A stretch of DNA of 64,000 nucleotides from Candidatus Pacearchaeota archaeon. GTDB lineage: Archaea > Nanobdellota > Nanobdellia > Pacearchaeales > GW2011-AR1. The position numbers and the translations under genes are program-made. Positions 60,174 through 64,000 of this stretch are shown in pieces. Under the pieces are notes generated by a model. The model was not told where the DNA came from, did not search any database, and saw only the letters and a list, made by a program, of their open reading frames with translations. Every line of letters begins with the position of its first letter. Positions within the stretch are counted from its first letter, which is position 1. The DNA lies in the NCBI GenBank assembly GCA_016866955.1, contig VGKT01000001.1, forward strand, positions 2,556 through 66,555. The letters run 5' to 3'.

Positions 60174-61056
60174 TATTATTATTACTTCCTTTAATGAACC
60201 AAAAACGATTGGTAACGCAATTAAAGCATTTCTTGCTCAAAAAATTGATGAACCTTTTAAAATAACAATTTCAGCACCTGATGAAGCAACTCTTGCGATT
60301 GCAAGAGCATACAAAAAGAAATATTCTCAAATAAGAATATTTAAAGATCCTGGAAAAGGAAAAAGCTATGCTCTTAACCAACTCCTCCCTTCTTTAAAAG
60401 GAAGAATCATTGTCCTTTCTGATGGTGACGTTTTTGTTGGTAAAAATACTCTTTCTTATTTACTTGCTCCCTTTCAAAATAAAGAAGTGGGTTGTGTAAC
60501 TGGCCGCCCCGTTTCATTAGAGAGTAAAAAAACACTTCTTGGTTATTGGTCTCATCTTCTTTGTGACGCTGGAGCGCATGAAGCGAGATTGAAACGTTCT
60601 TTACAAGACAAATTCTTAGAATGCTCTGGTTATTATTGGGCATTTAGAAATAAAGTAATTTCTCATTTTCCAAAAGATGTTGCTGAAGATACAATCGTCC
60701 CCTATTTATTGAGAGATAGAGAATATAAGGTCAAATATGCCCCCGAAGCAAAAGTATATGTAAAATTTCCACAAACACTCAGTGATTTTATTAAACAAAA
60801 GAAAAGAACCGTTAAAAGTCATGAATCGCTCTCTAAATATTATGATTTATCTAAGCTTCCTCGAACTAAATCCTTTACTAATGAATTGCTTGAAGGGTAT
60901 CGTGCCTTTGGTTATCCTAGGTCTATCAAAGAAATGGTCTATACGTTCCTTTTATTTCCTGTAAGATTATACATCTGGATAGACGCTTTCTTTCAAATAC
61001 ATATTGCTCATAAGGAATATCAGGATGCTTGGGAACGTGTCGAAAGCACTAAATAA
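60166..61056 (+). CDS. family 2 glycosyltransferase
   Basis: IDIIITSFNEPKTI...LSDGDVF...C-terminal TM. Start trimmed to ATG 60166. Confidence 0.8.
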   Translation: MIDIIITSFNEPKTIGNAIKAFLAQKIDEPFKITISAPDEATLAIARAYKKKYSQIRIFKDPGKGKSYALNQLLPSLKGRIIVLSDGDVFVGKNTLSYLLAPFQNKEVGCVTGRPVSLESKKTLLGYWSHLLCDAGAHEARLKRSLQDKFLECSGYYWAFRNKVISHFPKDVAEDTIVPYLLRDREYKVKYAPEAKVYVKFPQTLSDFIKQKKRTVKSHESLSKYYDLSKLPRTKSFTNELLEGYRAFGYPRSIKEMVYTFLLFPVRLYIWIDAFFQIHIAHKEYQDAWERVESTK

Positions 61057-61152
61057 AAATATAAAGCATTGACTGAAAGTATCTCTCCTGAACAAGTATT
61101 AAAGGCGATTTCAAAGGTAAACCATAAATAGGGTACCTTACGTACTGCATGT

Positions 61153-62676
61153 ATGGTTGACCAAGAAATAGAGAATCGTAAAAAAGCAGTTACAACTTGG
61201 CTTCAAAATCCTTGGCACCTTGCATTAATAGCAATTATTTTGATTGCTGCAGGAATACGTATTTATTATTTTACTTTTACTGAAGGTCAAACCTATTGGT
61301 GGGATGAAGCAGAATATATGGCTACCGCCAAACATTGGGTTTTTGATGTTCCCTATGATGTTAATGAGCAAAGACCGCCCTTATTTCAGTTGCTAGCCTC
61401 CCTTTTCTTACTTGGAGGATTTTCTGAGCGATTCATTCTTTTCTTATTGGTTGTTTTACCCTCTATTGGGATTATTATTGCGAGTTATTTTTTTGGAAAA
61501 ACCCTCTTTGATCGACGAGTTGGAGTGTTTGTTGCTTTTGGTATGACCTTTACCTGGTCCTATCTCTTTTGGAGTACTCGTTTTCAACCAGATTTCTTTT
61601 CTCTCCTTTTTCAAATTATAGGAATTACCTTCTTTTGGAAGACGATAACAACAAAACAAAATAAATATGGATTATTAACGGGCTTCTTTATTGCTCTTGC
61701 CTTTTACTTTAAAATTTCTACCCTTGTTGTTCCTTTAGGATTTGCTCTTTTCCTTTTTATTACTGAACAAAAGAAGACGTTTACTACTCCTGCTTATTAT
61801 GCAATCGGAATTTCATTTATTGTTACCCTTATTCCTTTTTTCATTTGGCAATATGTTGCTTTTGGAAATCCAATCGCCTTTGCTCCGAGTTATGCTGACT
61901 CTGCTCAACAAGCAGAGCGTGATTGGGGATGGCAAGCACTTACCTATATTTACTCATTTGCTCAACCAGATGCTTCATTTTTGAAAGGACCCTTTGCAAT
62001 TCTTGCTTTATTGGGTTGTTTTATCTTTTTAGGGCCCTTTTTACTTACCTGCGACAAATATTTTCTTTCTTCTGAACGTATCCCTCGTCCAGAACTCCTT
62101 ATTCTTTCACTTATTGTCTGTACTGAACTTTTCTATATCTTTTGGACCCAAGGAACTATTGAAGATAGATGGATACTTATTATTGCCCCCCTTTTGTTTG
62201 TATTTAGTGCTTTAGGAGTTCTCTTTTTATATAAGGTCCTTACAAAGAAGAGTGCATTATTTGCCTTTCTCATTATTGCTCTTTTGTTAGGAGCATATGG
62301 TTATGCGCACCTTACGCATATGCATGCCCTTACTACCATTAAGAAAGACTCGTATGCTCCTGTAAAGGATATCTCTCTCTATCTTAAAGAAATTCTTGCA
62401 CCTACCGAAAGCTGGATGACTGTATCCTATACGCAAGGAACTACTTATTCTGAGCGAAAAGTAATTACCTATGGGCCTATCAAAAACAGTACCGCTATGA
62501 ATGAACTTGTTGAACGGGAACACCCTCGTTATCTTGTTGACTCTATTTTTGAACCTCGTCCTGCTTGGCTCGATTCATGGATTGCTGAACAAGGAACCAA
62601 GCTTTCTATAATAAAGGTCATTTTTGCAGATCAAACTCAAAAACAACCACTCCTTATTCTCTATAAATTTGAATAA
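61153..62676 (+). CDS. GT-C fold membrane glycosyltransferase (ArnT/PMT-like)
   Basis: At least 10 TM segments. First loop has TYWWDEAEYMATAKHW. Soluble C-terminal domain. Confidence 0.7.
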   Translation: MVDQEIENRKKAVTTWLQNPWHLALIAIILIAAGIRIYYFTFTEGQTYWWDEAEYMATAKHWVFDVPYDVNEQRPPLFQLLASLFLLGGFSERFILFLLVVLPSIGIIIASYFFGKTLFDRRVGVFVAFGMTFTWSYLFWSTRFQPDFFSLLFQIIGITFFWKTITTKQNKYGLLTGFFIALAFYFKISTLVVPLGFALFLFITEQKKTFTTPAYYAIGISFIVTLIPFFIWQYVAFGNPIAFAPSYADSAQQAERDWGWQALTYIYSFAQPDASFLKGPFAILALLGCFIFLGPFLLTCDKYFLSSERIPRPELLILSLIVCTELFYIFWTQGTIEDRWILIIAPLLFVFSALGVLFLYKVLTKKSALFAFLIIALLLGAYGYAHLTHMHALTTIKKDSYAPVKDISLYLKEILAPTESWMTVSYTQGTTYSERKVITYGPIKNSTAMNELVEREHPRYLVDSIFEPRPAWLDSWIAEQGTKLSIIKVIFADQTQKQPLLILYKFE

Positions 62677-62724
62677 AGAAGTATTTTTACGAACCTATAA
62701 AAACCACGTCCCTATTAAACCAGT

Positions 62725-64000
62725 ATGTGCGGTATTACGGGATTTTCCTGGGCTGATAAGAAACTTTTGGCTCGAATGACTGATGCCCTTGCTCATCGAG
62801 GCCCAGACGACCAAGGAATGTATGTTGCAAAAAATGTTTCATTAGGGCATCGAAGACTGAGCATTATTGACACATCTTCTTTGGGTCATCAACCAATGTT
62901 TAATGAAGATAAGTCTATAGCGATAGTATTTAATGGAGAAATTTGGAATCATCGGGAATTACGTACAGAATTAACAAATCATACCTTTGTAAGCAATTCA
63001 GATACCGAAGTATTGATACATGGTTATGAAGAATGGGGTGTTGAGCTCTTTAAACGAATAGAAGGAATGTTTGCTTTGGCCTTATGGGACGTAAAAAAAC
63101 AAGAATTATTACTTGCACGCGATGCCCGAGGAAAAAAACCCCTCTATTATACAAAAACCACCAAGGGGCTTGTTTTTGCTTCTGAGTTAAAGGCGTTCCT
63201 CCATTGTTCGTTCATTACTTTTGCTATTAACCATCAATCCCTTGTTGATTATATGGGGCTGCGATTTGTTCCTGGAACAAATACTATTTTTTCATCAATT
63301 TTTAAACTTGCCCCGGGATCTTACCTGCGTTATTCTAAAGGAAAACTTTCCCTTCAGACTTTTGCCCCGACTCTTTCATTTACCCCTGGAAAAAATAATT
63401 CTTCATCACAAGCTTTGACTTTAATTCATAAAGCTGTTGAAAAACGACTTATGTCTGACGTCCCGATAGGAGTTTTTCTTTCAGGAGGATTAGACTCAAG
63501 CACTCTGGTTGCTTCTGTTGCTCAAAGAGGTTTTAAAGTAAAAACATTTTCGGTTGGTTTTGGAGATATCACTGATGAAACAAGTTATGCACGACTTATC
63601 GCTAAGAAATATAAAACGGATCACCATGAAATTAAATTAACGAAAGATATTTTACATTATCTTCCGGAAGTAATATGGTATGGAGACGATCTTCTTGCTG
63701 ATCCTGCTTGTCTTCCCACTTATCTACTTTGTAAAGAAGTGAGTAAAAAAGTACGAGTTGTTCTTTCAGGAGAAGGAGGAGATGAAGTTTTTGGGGGTTA
63801 CCATACTTTTACTTATGCCCCCACTCTTTCGCGCTATTTTTACCTTCCAAAGATAGTTCGATCGGGAATTATTGCTCCTCTCTGTTCAACTTTTGCAGGA
63901 ATTAGTCAGTATCCGCGTAAACAGATGCTCCACCTTACTAAGGAAATAAGTAAAGATGGGGATTTAACTCAAGCATATGAACGATTTTTTTATTTTCCAT
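62725..64000 (+). CDS. asnB: asparagine synthase (glutamine-hydrolysing) family amidotransferase; 3' end beyond the window
   Basis: Missing from the ORF track (open at the edge). Manual translation gives MCGITGF...HRGPDDQG...HRRLSIID...NGEIWNH...SDTEV...GMFALALWD...RDARGKKPLYY...SGGLDSS. Confidence 0.88.
   Translation, partial: MCGITGFSWADKKLLARMTDALAHRGPDDQGMYVAKNVSLGHRRLSIIDTSSLGHQPMFNEDKSIAIVFNGEIWNHRELRTELTNHTFVSNSDTEVLIHGYEEWGVELFKRIEGMFALALWDVKKQELLLARDARGKKPLYYTKTTKGLVFASELKAFLHCSFITFAINHQSLVDYMGLRFVPGTNTIFSSIFKLAPGSYLRYSKGKLSLQTFAPTLSFTPGKNNSSSQALTLIHKAVEKRLMSDVPIGVFLSGGLDSSTLVASVAQRGFKVKTFSVGFGDITDETSYARLIAKKYKTDHHEIKLTKDILHYLPEVIWYGDDLLADPACLPTYLLCKEVSKKVRVVLSGEGGDEVFGGYHTFTYAPTLSRYFYLPKIVRSGIIAPLCSTFAGISQYPRKQMLHLTKEISKDGDLTQAYERFFYFP

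Noticed and set aside
1-64000. CRISPR arrays, transposases, IS elements, prophage genes
   Set aside because: I saw no regularly spaced direct repeats. No transposase, capsid, terminase or cas-like products appear in any frame of the ORF track.

Overview
The window is archaeal. The evidence is L18e, L21e, uS9, uL13, uS11, uS4 and uS13; RNA polymerase subunits D, F and N; RNase P protein Rpp21; XerA; TrmB; intron-containing tRNAs; an orphan 5S rRNA; and TATA boxes about 25-30 nt upstream of leaderless starts. The tight gene packing and several unusually small proteins suggest a small-genome, DPANN-like lineage. That placement is inference, since no searches could be run.

Layout:
- 1-1.4 kb: a low-GC edge carrying a secreted transglutaminase-like gene.
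- 1.4-22 kb: housekeeping genes, namely an endonuclease IV-like gene, an S-layer-like protein, SMC, RNase HII, a CDP-alcohol phosphatidyltransferase, MsrA, ThrC, IleRS, TrmB and TatD.
- 22-29 kb: XerA and an interrupted ribosomal protein / RNA polymerase cluster.
- 29-37 kb: redox and copper genes (DsbA-like, cupredoxin, multicopper oxidase) and a LolCDE-like ABC operon.
- 37-42 kb: rpoN, Rpp21, 5S rRNA, three tRNAs and secFD.
- 42.4-64 kb: a large surface-glycan island that is mosaic in composition.

Seven tRNAs were folded by hand (Met, Ser, 3x Leu, Arg, Gly); two carry introns.

Most interesting observations:
1. The SMC has clear SMC-type head motifs, but a Rad50-style CPxC zinc-hook motif sits at the exact midpoint of its coiled coil where the hinge should be. 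No kleisin gene follows it.
2. A 132-aa HEAT protein looks like one half of eukaryotic deoxyhypusine hydroxylase and keeps two His-Glu motifs.
3. An 86-aa, 3-TM protein corresponds to a single PnuC repeat unit. A NadR-kinase-like ATPase lies elsewhere in the window.
4. A candidate structured RNA of about 180 nt, of unknown class, has its own TATA box and oligo-T tail.
5. The glycan island contains plant/giant-virus-like NRS/ER and GDP-mannose-3,5-epimerase-like enzymes, low-GC cassettes, and decayed gene fragments at a cassette junction.

No CRISPR array, transposase or clear prophage was seen. All family assignments rest on motifs recognised by eye, not on database searches.
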